Source: Longimicrobiales bacterium (GTDB taxonomy: Bacteria; Gemmatimonadota; Gemmatimonadetes; Longimicrobiales; Gaopeijiaceae). From it: a stretch of DNA of 64,000 bases. Below, piece after piece: positions 47,525 to 57,101 of the stretch. Position 1 is the stretch's first letter; every line of letters starts with the position of its first letter. Position numbers and translations under genes: made by a program. The notes beneath the pieces were generated by a model. That model searched no databases and had not been told where the DNA came from. It saw only the letters and a program-made list of their open reading frames with translations. Location of the stretch: assembly GCA_965249725.1 (NCBI GenBank), contig OZ252251.1, positions 1 through 64,000 of the forward strand, in the 5' to 3' direction.

Positions 47525-47959
47525 CTATCCCACACCCACGCCGAGACGGCGGAGCTTCTCGCGGCCCTCGGTCGTAATGCGGTCGTTGGTCCAAGGCGGA
47601 GACCACACCTCGAGGATCTCCACTTCGTCTATCCAGCTCTCCTGCAGAAGCCGGTCAGAAATGTCCTCACGTATGAACGCCATGCACGGACACGCCGTCG
47701 CCGTGAACGTGAGCTCGATCCGCGCGACGCCAGCCGCCCAGTCGACCCCGTAGATGAGGCCGAGCTCGACGAGGCTGATGGGAATCTCCGGATCCAGCAC
47801 TTCACCCAGGGCCCACCAGCTTGCCTCCGTCGGATCCGACGGCCGGACGGGTAGAGGCTCGGACCACAGGTCCCGACCTCCGCTCACATGAGATGCCGTG
47901 GCGGCAGCCGCCGCGATGACGTCCGGCAGCTTCCGGGAAGTCAGGACGGGAATCTTCAT
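47525..47959 (-). CDS. paaD: PaaD N-terminal (DUF59/SufT-like) domain protein
   Basis: DPEIPISLVELGLIY, TATACPC, WSPPWT. Confidence 0.82.
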   Translation of the reverse strand: MKIPVLTSRKLPDVIAAAAATASHVSGGRDLWSEPLPVRPSDPTEASWWALGEVLDPEIPISLVELGLIYGVDWAAGVARIELTFTATACPCMAFIREDISDRLLQESWIDEVEILEVWSPPWTNDRITTEGREKLRRLGVGVG

Positions 47960-48906
47960 GCCGCGTCCAACCATGCTCCTACCTGGCCCCGCGAGCGCCT
48001 GAAGGACTCCACGTAGATCTCGTTCATGGGACCGCGGGCCTTCCAGCGCTCGAACACGGTCTCCCACGTGATCTCCCCGTCGTCGAAGAACCAACGCTTC
48101 TCCGAAGCGTCATAATGACACGGGAACGGATAGTCCTGGACGTACGTCTGGCTCGCCTCGTCGTAGTGCGCCGGAATGTCGAGGCCCAGTCTTTCGCAGA
48201 GGGGGACCGTAGAAGCCATCCAGACCTGCCTGAGCTGATCGTTGGTGAGTCCCTTCAACTTGTAGTCGAGCTGGCCACTGTGCCGCTTGCGGTCGTCGGG
48301 AAGCCCGAACCACTCCAATGTCATGGGGAACATCCAGTCTACGGCCCTCTGCACCATGTCCCGTGCCTCCCCACCGGCCTCCGCCAGGCGCTTCATCCAC
48401 ACCTCACCGTGCCTCAGATGGAAGTTCTCTTCCATCCCAATCTTGACGAGAGCGCGCTTGAGGGGCCCGTACGACGTGTTCTCGTGAACGTCGGAGAGAA
48501 GCGTGATCCCGGCTCGATCGAAGAACCCGGTCGCCACGACCAACTCCGCCCAGTTGTCCAGCGGCTGGTCGAAACCGTACGGGTGTTTGAACTCGTGCGG
48601 CTCGCGTCCGTAGACCAGGTATTCCTTGGACTCACCCAGGTCCTCGAGAAGGCGATACGCGATATTCGCATGTGCCAACTCATCCTGAATGATGGCATGA
48701 GCGCTCACCTGCGTGTTGGCGGAGGGCGCATGCCGGGCGGCCATCCAGTAGGCCGGAGCACTCATCAACTCCGTATCGGCCTGCACGGTGAGCTGGACCA
48801 CCAGGGACTTCCTGTATCCCTCGGTCATCTCCTCGACGGACTCCACGATGTATCCGTCATGGACCTTGGCCTTCAGCTCTTCGTCCGTGAAAGGTGCCAT
48901 GCTCAC
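47956..48906 (-). CDS. paaA: Phenylacetyl-CoA epoxidase catalytic subunit A-like (di-iron)
   Basis: QADTEL, QDELAH, TSYGP, EENFH, NDQLRQ. Confidence 0.88.
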   Translation of the reverse strand: MSMAPFTDEELKAKVHDGYIVESVEEMTEGYRKSLVVQLTVQADTELMSAPAYWMAARHAPSANTQVSAHAIIQDELAHANIAYRLLEDLGESKEYLVYGREPHEFKHPYGFDQPLDNWAELVVATGFFDRAGITLLSDVHENTSYGPLKRALVKIGMEENFHLRHGEVWMKRLAEAGGEARDMVQRAVDWMFPMTLEWFGLPDDRKRHSGQLDYKLKGLTNDQLRQVWMASTVPLCERLGLDIPAHYDEASQTYVQDYPFPCHYDASEKRWFFDDGEITWETVFERWKARGPMNEIYVESFRRSRGQVGAWLDAA

Positions 48907-48959
48907 TGCTCGTCCTCTCTGAGGGTTTGCGGGCCTACGAGCTCCTCTTACTCCAACGT

Positions 48960-48987
48960 TTCGAACGATCGTTCGAACGACAGTCTA
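48960..48987 (-). promoter_or_regulatory. PaaR(TetR)-type operator next to a candidate -10 box
   Basis: Perfect 18-bp palindrome TTCGAACGATCGTTCGAA (48960-48977); minus-strand TAGACT at 48987-48982. Confidence 0.72.
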
Positions 48988-49028
48988 TACGGCTTCGCAC
49001 ACTGCATCCAGTACTTCGGAAGTTCGGT

Positions 49029-49328
49029 TCAGAGCCCCAGGGAGGACCGGATCAGCGGTGCGATGCGTTCCGGAGTCCAAGGCGGGTCGAACGTGAGGTC
49101 TACCTCACAACTCTCCACCCCGTCCACCTCCTCCACGGCAGCCTTGGCGTCGAGCACGATCTGATCGGCGACGGGACACATCGGCGATGTCAGCGACATG
49201 ACGATGTGCACATCCGCATCGGCGAGTTCGATGTCGTACACCAACCCCAGAACCACCAAATCGAGATCCAGCTCCGGGTCCTTGACTGTCTTCAGCGCGT
49301 TGCGGACATCCTTCTCTGTAACGGCCAT
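49029..49328 (-). CDS. Metal-sulfur cluster assembly factor (DUF59/SufT)
   Basis: DPELDLDLVVLGLVY, MSLTSPMCP, FDPPWT. Confidence 0.9.
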   Translation of the reverse strand: MAVTEKDVRNALKTVKDPELDLDLVVLGLVYDIELADADVHIVMSLTSPMCPVADQIVLDAKAAVEEVDGVESCEVDLTFDPPWTPERIAPLIRSSLGL

Positions 49329-49338
49329 TTAGGGGCCT

Positions 49339-50517
49339 CTAGTGCTTTCTCATGAACAGGACTGTGATCTCCTCGGCGTTGTCGCCCTGGAGCTTACGAA
49401 TTGCCTTGTGCACGGTGGCGACGACCTCTCCCGCCGGCTTCTGCTGGAGGGTGGAGACCAGGTCGGCCGCCCCTCTGAACAGGCCCGTCGAGGCGGTCGA
49501 GAGAACGATCACCATGTCGCCGGTGCCGATCTGATACTCCTGCGTCCCGTACTGGAAGCCCTCAAGCATGCCGAGCGGCGGCCCGTGGGAGGGGAACTCG
49601 TCCAGAGTGCCCTCCCTCCGAATCACCGCGCCCTGGACACCACCGGCCCCGGACCAGACCACCGAACCGTCACCGGGCACGAGGAGTCCGGCCGCCACGG
49701 TCTGATCGACACCTGGCGTCTCGTTGTGTGCCAACCCGTCGTTGACCCTCGCAAGAAGGGACTCCGCTCCCTGCCCAGTGCGAGCGTACTCGTTGAGGAA
49801 GGCCCTGGCGAGAGCCAGCTGGTGCGCCGGGGGTAGCCCGTCGCCATGCACCGTCATGGCCATCAATCCCACCCCTCCGCCCGAAAGACGCACGGTTTCC
49901 CAGGCGGTCCGCCCGGCACCCGAGTCCTCCAGCATCGTGCCCGCGGCGATGTCGAATCCGTCGGCGGTCGGTGCGCTGCGCGGTATGATGGATCGCTGCA
50001 GCGCCCGATTGGCGTCCTCGCCCCCGCCACTCTCCGCCACCGTAGTCGGAACGCCCCGTTCCAGGTTGGCGAATCGGACACCCAAGGCCCGCAGCGCCTT
50101 CGACAGCACCTGCAACATGCGCATCGAGAGGCTATCACCACCGACGAGCGTCTCGAAGTCGTCGCGGGAGAGGGTCAGCAGGAGACTCTCCTCCAGAGCC
50201 TTCGCGGTAGCCGACTGGGACGCATCGTTCAGAAGCGCCATCTCCCCGAACGCCTCTCCCGCCCTGCGGACTGCGAGCTTCTCAGATCCGTCCCCCTGGA
50301 TGCTCTTCGAGATCTCGACGGCACCCTTCGACACGACGTAGAAGCAATCGCCCGGCTCCCCTTCTTCGCGGAGCACGTCACCATCCTGCGCTGTCAGACC
50401 GTTGACGACCTCGCTGACCCCGCGAAGCTCGTCGTCCGGCAGTCCCTGGAACAGGTCGACGTGCCGGAGCTTTTCGATCACCTCGTCCGGCGACAGGTCA
50501 CGGGGTTCAACGGCCAC
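49339..50517 (-). CDS. Cyclic-nucleotide-binding domain fused to a degenerate SpoIIE/RsbU-like phosphatase domain
   Basis: LFQGL, EGEPGDCFYVV, FGEMALL; C-terminal GPPLG...GDMVIVL. Confidence 0.82.
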   Translation of the reverse strand: MAVEPRDLSPDEVIEKLRHVDLFQGLPDDELRGVSEVVNGLTAQDGDVLREEGEPGDCFYVVSKGAVEISKSIQGDGSEKLAVRRAGEAFGEMALLNDASQSATAKALEESLLLTLSRDDFETLVGGDSLSMRMLQVLSKALRALGVRFANLERGVPTTVAESGGGEDANRALQRSIIPRSAPTADGFDIAAGTMLEDSGAGRTAWETVRLSGGGVGLMAMTVHGDGLPPAHQLALARAFLNEYARTGQGAESLLARVNDGLAHNETPGVDQTVAAGLLVPGDGSVVWSGAGGVQGAVIRREGTLDEFPSHGPPLGMLEGFQYGTQEYQIGTGDMVIVLSTASTGLFRGAADLVSTLQQKPAGEVVATVHKAIRKLQGDNAEEITVLFMRKH

Positions 50518-50693
50518 TCAAAGCGCTCCTGATAGGTGGAAATGAGGGGCTGAAACATACCTCCGGTCGGAAGGACGGGAAAAGGGCCGTCCTTGCTCGG
50601 AGCATTTTCGCTTGCAACAAGCGGCGGGGCTTTGAAGATTTGAAGCAGGGCGAATGACGCCCCCACTCGATTGCCGAAGGAAGAGGTCCCCCC

Positions 50694-53600
50694 GTGAAGG
50701 CACACCGGCCGGTCACCCTACTGGGATACGTGGCTCTACTCGCCACGTTGTTCATGGTCTCATGCGTGGACGGTCCTGTGGCCGGGCCGACTACCGAGGG
50801 GAGCCCTTCGACGCTGGTGTTCGCCCCCCAGCTCAGCTACGCCGTGGCATCAGGTGCGCCAGCACTGAGTGCCGCTCAAGAGGGGGCTCTGAACGAGGCG
50901 TTCGATCTGGTGAACCGGTTCCGGTTGATCGTGACGCGCCTTGGGGCCGACGAGGTTCTGCTGGACGAGATCATCGAGGTGACACCGGGTCAGGACGTAT
51001 ACGATCTGTCGGTCGAGGTTCCGGGGATCACACCGGGCGAGCCGGTGAGCATGGTGATCATCGCGATGCAGGGTGAGACGACGCTGTTCGAGTCGCCTCC
51101 ACTGACGGTCGCGACGACGGACACGCAGACGGCCACACCCCCTCAGCCGTTCTCCGTACCGCTCACGTACACGGGACCGGGCGCCGAGGCGGTGTCGGTC
51201 GAGATCCTGTCGTCGGGCGCCGTGCTGGCTCCGGGCGGGACGCGAACCCTCGAGGCCGTGGTTACCGGCAGCGACGGCGTAGCGATGCCCGACGTACCTC
51301 TGGGCTGGACGTCGGCGGCACCCTCGGTCGCGTCGGTCAACGCGGGCGGGACGGTAGCCGGCGGCGGCGGCGGTAGGACGCAGGTGACCGTGACGACGCC
51401 CACAGGCCTGAGCGCGAGCGTATGGGTCTACGTGTTCGGCGGGGAGATGACGTTCATCCAGGGCGGCATGGTGATGACGGCCCCGGTGGTCGGAGGCACC
51501 GCCCAGGTGATCGCGGGAACGGGTGGGGCCCACGGGCCGGTACCCACAGGCAACGGGGTGATGTACAGCGAAGGCGGCATGGTCCACATCTCGGGCGTGC
51601 CGATCATGGAGGGCTCGTGGCCCGCACCGTCGCCGGACGGGACGAAGATCGCGGTGAGCGGAGTGACGCTGGCCAACGCCGACGGTTCGGGCGCGACCGC
51701 GGGACCGACGGGCTCACAGCCCGCATGGGCCAGTGCGACGAGTCTTTATGTGAGCGGCGGCTCGATCGAGTTGGTGGACGTGGTGACCGGCAGCCGGAGC
51801 CTGGTAGTCTCGGGCGCCGCGAGCTTCCCGACGGTGACGGCCGAGGGACGACTGGCCTATCTGGACGGAGCTGGTCAGGTGTTCATCCAGGGATCGGGTC
51901 CGGTGCCGGGCGTGGTGACGGGTTCACGTCCTGCGATCTCGGGCGGTTGGGTTCTGTACGCCGGAGGCAGCGGGCTGATGGTCGCGCCGACCGACGGAGG
52001 CAGCCCCCCGATGGCGTTGGGTATGAGCGGTACGGACCCAGCGTGGGGCGCCGCGAGTGGAGGGTTCACACCTCCGACTCCTCCGCCTGCGGTAGAGATC
52101 ACGGGTCTCGATCCGGAAGTACCGGTGCCTGGTCAGGAAGCGGTGATCCTGGGCAGCGGCTTCGATCCGATCATCGCAGCGAACACGACGGTGTTCTTCC
52201 CGACCGACGGTGGTGAGATCGAGGTCGAAGTTCTCGAGATCACGGAGACGAGCATCCGGGTGATGGTACCCCGTGGTGTCGCGGCCGGAGTGATCCGGGT
52301 GGCGACCCTGTCGAGCGAGGCGACGTTCCCGTACACACCGATGTTCGGAAGCGTAGCCGTGATGGCCGTGACACCGTGGGGTGCACCGGTGGCCGGTGTG
52401 GGCGTGACGCTGACCGGTGCCGGCGTGGAGACGCCGTCGGGCACGACGGACGGCGACGGCTCTCTGTTCCTGGACGGCATCCTGGCCGGGGACTACACGG
52501 CGGCCTATACGGCGCCGGACGGGTTCTCGCTCACAGGCACACCGCCTACCGCACTGACGGTCACGACCGACGTGCTGAGCGTCGAGGTAGAGGCGACTCC
52601 CGAGGTACGCGCCATCACGATCAGTCCGGAGGTGCCGGAGGTCGAGGTGGGCTCGAGCGTCGAGGTCATGCTGCAGCCGCTCGACATCAACGGTGACGTA
52701 ATCCCGCAGATCGATCAGGTCACGTGGGCGAGCTCGTCGCCGCAGTTGAACGCATCCGGCAGCACACTCACGGGCACACTCACCGGTGTGTCGCCCTCGG
52801 CGACATCAGGTGACGCTCTGTTCCGTGTCTTCATCAACGGGACCGGTGCCGACTTCTTCGCCACCGTCACCTCTTATATCGATGGAACCTTCACGCTCGG
52901 TGCAGCCGCTCCCGCTCCCGGTGAGGCCGACAAAGCTCCGCAGGCAGCGCCCGAACCCATACGGCCGATTGAAGTCGAGCTGAGCCAGGGTTCCACGGTC
53001 CTCGAGAGGACCGAAAGCGACACGGACGGGCACTACCGGTTCCGGGGCCTGATGGCCGGAGCCTTTACCGTCAAGCCGCTTCCGCGCGGTGACTACAAGG
53101 GCTTCTCGCCGTCGTCGGAGAACGTCACCCTGGGTGGCGGGAATGCGACGGGGCGGGCCGACTTCGAGGTCCTCAAGGAGGCCGCGGAGCTCGAGGAGGG
53201 CAGCAGCAGTGACTTCCGGGCACTCATCCTGTCGAACACTTCGTACAGCAACGGCGGTGCCGTGAGCGTGCTGGGCTCTGCGATGCCGGACGTAACTTTC
53301 GAACAGTTCACCGGGACACCCACGCTCGCATACCTTACGACGTTCAACGTCGTGCTGCTGTTCGAGGACGGCGTCTTCTCTACCTCGCACAACGTGGGTG
53401 ATGCGGTAGCGGCCTACGTTGCCGCCGGTGGCAACGTCGTATTGGGCACGTTCTACTGGCAGGACCGCTCGGACTCGTCGTGGGGGACCGGTACCCTGGG
53501 ATGGGGCAACCTCGAGGCAATCGATCCCTTCACGACTTGCAGAATCGGCCCCTGCGCTCCCAACGGAGGATCGGAGTACAACGCCGATGCTCTGGATCCG

Positions 53601-53993
53601 GCATCCATCGTGCCTCACACACTGACCGCGGGCGTCAACTCGCTGAGTGTCGACTCCTATCACGGCGGCGTAACGGCCAAGCCCGGCACGACGGTTCTGG
53701 CCTTGTGGTCAGACGGGGTTCCGCTGATCGGATACCGCACGGAGGCAGGCGGACAGCGTCTCGTAGGCCTGTCGGTCGCACCCTGGTACTTTAACAACCT
53801 CGCTTCAGCTCCTGGGGATTTCGTACAGCTCTGGGACAACGCGCTTCGATTTGCAGCCGCCGGTACGGTTCCGACACCAGCACCGGCCCCTGCCAAGCTT
53901 CTGGCGCCAAGCACCATGCCGGGGCTCGTCTCCCCCGTCGAGAAGTCTGGGCGACCAAGCGGATCGGATGGAGGAGGGGGCCGACGGCGTTGA
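50694..53993 (+). CDS. Large surface lipoprotein with Ig-like (Big_2, IPT/TIG), propeller-like and carboxypeptidase-regulatory-like domains
   Basis: FMVSC lipobox; WTSAAPSVASV; PSPDGTKIA; ILGSGF; TDGHYRFRGL. Confidence 0.8.
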   Translation: MKAHRPVTLLGYVALLATLFMVSCVDGPVAGPTTEGSPSTLVFAPQLSYAVASGAPALSAAQEGALNEAFDLVNRFRLIVTRLGADEVLLDEIIEVTPGQDVYDLSVEVPGITPGEPVSMVIIAMQGETTLFESPPLTVATTDTQTATPPQPFSVPLTYTGPGAEAVSVEILSSGAVLAPGGTRTLEAVVTGSDGVAMPDVPLGWTSAAPSVASVNAGGTVAGGGGGRTQVTVTTPTGLSASVWVYVFGGEMTFIQGGMVMTAPVVGGTAQVIAGTGGAHGPVPTGNGVMYSEGGMVHISGVPIMEGSWPAPSPDGTKIAVSGVTLANADGSGATAGPTGSQPAWASATSLYVSGGSIELVDVVTGSRSLVVSGAASFPTVTAEGRLAYLDGAGQVFIQGSGPVPGVVTGSRPAISGGWVLYAGGSGLMVAPTDGGSPPMALGMSGTDPAWGAASGGFTPPTPPPAVEITGLDPEVPVPGQEAVILGSGFDPIIAANTTVFFPTDGGEIEVEVLEITETSIRVMVPRGVAAGVIRVATLSSEATFPYTPMFGSVAVMAVTPWGAPVAGVGVTLTGAGVETPSGTTDGDGSLFLDGILAGDYTAAYTAPDGFSLTGTPPTALTVTTDVLSVEVEATPEVRAITISPEVPEVEVGSSVEVMLQPLDINGDVIPQIDQVTWASSSPQLNASGSTLTGTLTGVSPSATSGDALFRVFINGTGADFFATVTSYIDGTFTLGAAAPAPGEADKAPQAAPEPIRPIEVELSQGSTVLERTESDTDGHYRFRGLMAGAFTVKPLPRGDYKGFSPSSENVTLGGGNATGRADFEVLKEAAELEEGSSSDFRALILSNTSYSNGGAVSVLGSAMPDVTFEQFTGTPTLAYLTTFNVVLLFEDGVFSTSHNVGDAVAAYVAAGGNVVLGTFYWQDRSDSSWGTGTLGWGNLEAIDPFTTCRIGPCAPNGGSEYNADALDPASIVPHTLTAGVNSLSVDSYHGGVTAKPGTTVLALWSDGVPLIGYRTEAGGQRLVGLSVAPWYFNNLASAPGDFVQLWDNALRFAAAGTVPTPAPAPAKLLAPSTMPGLVSPVEKSGRPSGSDGGGGRRR

Positions 53994-54109
53994 CGCCTGA
54001 GCGCAGCGATGGAACGTTACTCCGAAACGATCGATCGGGGGTATCGGAGGACCGTGGACTCTGGAGTGCCGTTACCCAAACGGGGTCGCGTACGCATCCC
54101 ACGGCTCCC

Positions 54110-54136
54110 CCTCAGCCTAGGCAGCCTAGGCTGAGG
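54110..54136. other. Perfect 12-bp inverted repeat
   Basis: CCTCAGCCTAGG-CAG-CCTAGGCTGAGG. Confidence 0.75.
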
Positions 54137-54285
54137 AACCGAAAAGCCTCGCCGAAAGAGGCTTCCGTCCAGTAAATTCAGAAAGTATCTGGAGGCGCCG
54201 ACGACTCACCGGGAGAGTTCGGGTGGAGCAAGCAACAGATGCCGCCTCGCCGGCAATGACCATTGAAGTCGAGGAGGCGCGTTCG

Positions 54286-55137
54286 GTGATGGAGGCAGTT
54301 TGCTGGGGAACCCGCGGGTCGATAGCCAGTCCTGGCCCATCGACCGCCAAGTACGGCGGGAATACCCCGTGTATGCAAGTGCGCCTCGACGACGGTCGAC
54401 GCTTCATCTTCGACGCCGGCACGGGCATCCGTCCCCTCGGCACGAGCATGATGGGTGAGGAGGGCTCGGCCGACGCCACCATCTTCCTCACCCACTTTCA
54501 CTGGGACCACATTCAGGGATTCCCTTTCTTCATGCCCTTGTACAACCCGGCCGCATCGCTCCGGATCATCGGCCCGAAGCAGTTCGACGTGGACGTTCAG
54601 ACCCTTTTCGCCGGGCAGATGGGGCCGATCTACTTCCCGACCCCCTTCGATGCCCTCGCCGCTCAGAAGGAGTTCTTCCACCTGAACGAAGGCGTTTGGG
54701 AGGAAGACGGGTTCACCGTTTCCGTGATGCGCATGCGACACCCGTCGTTCACCGTCGGGTATCGCATCGAATACGGTGGGTCGTCGCTCGCCTACATCCC
54801 CGACAACGAGATCGTGGGAGAGAACTACGACGTGGGCGAGGACTGGCATTCTGATTTCATCGACTTCATAGGCGACGTGGATGTGCTGATCCACGACGCC
54901 ATGTTCACCGAGGAGGAGTACCAGTCCAAGTTGGGCTGGGGGCATTCTACGTTCCGCCAAGCGATCCACCTCGGGCATGAGGCGGGAGCGAAGAAGCTCC
55001 TGTTCTTTCACCACGATCCCGAGCGTCACGACGACAAGCTCTCAGGGCTGGTGTCGTCACGGCGGGACGAGGCCCTCTCTCTCGGATACAGCTTTCAGAT
55101 CGACGCGGCAGCCGAACGCGCCGACATCCTGCTCTAG
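54286..55137 (+). CDS. MBL-fold metallo-hydrolase (RNase Z-like, putative cyclic-nucleotide phosphodiesterase)
   Basis: WGTRGSI, YGGNTPC, DAGTG, THFHWDHIQGFPFF, WGHS, FHHDP; GAGGAGG RBS favours a start at 54286-54289. Confidence 0.88.
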   Translation: MMEAVCWGTRGSIASPGPSTAKYGGNTPCMQVRLDDGRRFIFDAGTGIRPLGTSMMGEEGSADATIFLTHFHWDHIQGFPFFMPLYNPAASLRIIGPKQFDVDVQTLFAGQMGPIYFPTPFDALAAQKEFFHLNEGVWEEDGFTVSVMRMRHPSFTVGYRIEYGGSSLAYIPDNEIVGENYDVGEDWHSDFIDFIGDVDVLIHDAMFTEEEYQSKLGWGHSTFRQAIHLGHEAGAKKLLFFHHDPERHDDKLSGLVSSRRDEALSLGYSFQIDAAAERADILL

Positions 55138-55148
55138 GAGATCACACT

Positions 55149-57032
55149 GTGAGACGTTTCGCCCCTTTGATGGCCGCATTGACAGTCGTGCCGCTACTCG
55201 CCTTCGGGCCCGCCGATCGCATCGCCCCCACTCATTGGGCGGTAATCATCGGAATCAGCGACTACATCCACTACGACGATGTGACGGGTGGAGATCTTCC
55301 CGGCGCTGAGCACGACGCCCGCGGTGTGCGCGACGTGCTGCTCAGCAAGTACGGGTTTCCGGCCGACAACATCCGGATGATCCTGAACCAGGAGGCCACC
55401 CGCGCCAACATCGAGGTCGCCCTCACCGAGTGGCTACCCGAGCGAGCACGTCCCGGCGACAACGTCACGGTCTTCTATGCGGGACACGGCTCCCAGATGT
55501 GGGACGAATCAGGCGACGAGGACGACGGTCTGGACGAGACCCTCGCCCCGGCGGACGTCAGTCCGACGTCGACCGAGTTCGACATCAGTGACGACGACTT
55601 CGGCGCGTGGCTCCGTGCCCTGCCGACCGACAACGTGGTGGTGTTCCTAGACAACTGCAGCTCCGGATCGGGCACCCGCGACGTCACACCCTTCTCGAGG
55701 ACTCGCCAGCTCGGACGGGACGTTACGTCCATCGAAAGACCGGCGACCATTACACGCCGCGCCCTCCCGAACGCCAGGGACAAGACAGGCTTCGACGCTC
55801 AGGGAGCGAACGTACTCGAACTCGCCGCCGCACAACCCGACCAACCGGCTGTGGACGCGTTCTTCCCGGGAGAGGAGGGCACCGAGCCCTTCCATGGCGG
55901 GGCGTTCACCACGTTCCTGATTCGTGAACTGTGGCGGGCACCCGGAAACATGTCGTACGAGGATGCCTATCGGCGCGTAACCGACGATCTCAAGCGGAAT
56001 CGCTTCGAACAGGATCCCTACCTGTCCGAGGATGTCGGAATCAAGTCACTGCCCCTCTTCTTCGTGGAGGGCGGGTCTCAGGGTACGTCGACGGCGTTCC
56101 TGCCCATTCTGTCGACGAGTGGATCCACAGCCGAGCTACAGGGTGGCCAAGCACTCGGAATCACCCTGGGGTCGACGTTCAGCACGGACGACGGCGCTCG
56201 CATGGTCGTGGAATCCGTCAGCCCTGATCGCTCGCAGGTCCGCGTGCTGACGGGATCCGTCAGTGAAGGCGAGCGGGCGACCCTGGAAGGCTACCGCTTC
56301 TCGTCCAGTGCTCTGCGCATCAACGTGGCGGGGGTGGACTCCGGCACTTCGGACGCTCTCACGAGCGCGCTCGAAGGCGCCGACGGAGTGGTCCTGATCC
56401 ACGATGAAGCCGCCTTCTCCGACCTGATACTGCGACGTCGGGGCAGCGACGTCCGAGTCGTGGGTATGGACGGTGCCGCGCGACACGTCTTCCCGGCTGG
56501 CACCGAGGGCGCGAGCGACCTGGCCAACGCCCTGCTCCGAGAGGCTTCGGCCAAGGGCCTTGGCGATATGGAGAACCCGGCGCAGCCCTTCGGCCTCGAC
56601 GTTTGGCTGGCCGGTGACGTATCCAGCTTCGGCATCGGTGAGAACGTCCGCTTCCTCGCAGAGGCCGAGAGGACCGGATACCTGACCTTGGTCGACCTCG
56701 GCACGGACGGCACCGTCACGGTGCTCTTCCCGAACCCGTACGATCGAGACAACGCGGTTTCGGAGGGACAGCGGATCGAGTTCCCCACCGAGAGCATGCA
56801 GTCCGAGATCCAGGCCATGCCGCCGGCAGGCCGCGGGATGGTCCGTGCGTTCCTGACTCCGGAGCCGCTTGATATCGCCGTGGGCGACGACTTCACCACG
56901 GGCACACTCGAGCTCGCCGATCTCATCGCAGCCGCCGTGCGCTCGGCGGCCGGTGCCGTCGAGGGCTCCGACGGGGCGGTACGTCTGGACTCGTGGGGAA
57001 GCGCGTCCGTGATGTACGAGATCCACAACTAG
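55149..57032 (+). CDS. Exported caspase-family (peptidase C14) protease with C-terminal DUF4384-like domain
   Basis: Signal-like N-terminus, AVIIGISDY, FYAGHG, LDNCSSG, GAFT; GYLTLVDLGTDGTVTVLFPN. Confidence 0.88.
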   Translation: MRRFAPLMAALTVVPLLAFGPADRIAPTHWAVIIGISDYIHYDDVTGGDLPGAEHDARGVRDVLLSKYGFPADNIRMILNQEATRANIEVALTEWLPERARPGDNVTVFYAGHGSQMWDESGDEDDGLDETLAPADVSPTSTEFDISDDDFGAWLRALPTDNVVVFLDNCSSGSGTRDVTPFSRTRQLGRDVTSIERPATITRRALPNARDKTGFDAQGANVLELAAAQPDQPAVDAFFPGEEGTEPFHGGAFTTFLIRELWRAPGNMSYEDAYRRVTDDLKRNRFEQDPYLSEDVGIKSLPLFFVEGGSQGTSTAFLPILSTSGSTAELQGGQALGITLGSTFSTDDGARMVVESVSPDRSQVRVLTGSVSEGERATLEGYRFSSSALRINVAGVDSGTSDALTSALEGADGVVLIHDEAAFSDLILRRRGSDVRVVGMDGAARHVFPAGTEGASDLANALLREASAKGLGDMENPAQPFGLDVWLAGDVSSFGIGENVRFLAEAERTGYLTLVDLGTDGTVTVLFPNPYDRDNAVSEGQRIEFPTESMQSEIQAMPPAGRGMVRAFLTPEPLDIAVGDDFTTGTLELADLIAAAVRSAAGAVEGSDGAVRLDSWGSASVMYEIHN

Positions 57033-57101
57033 CGGATCGACCTTGAGCACTGTGCCTTATCGGGTGGACCGGGTTCCCGGTGACGTCGTGTACGTGATGT
57101 C

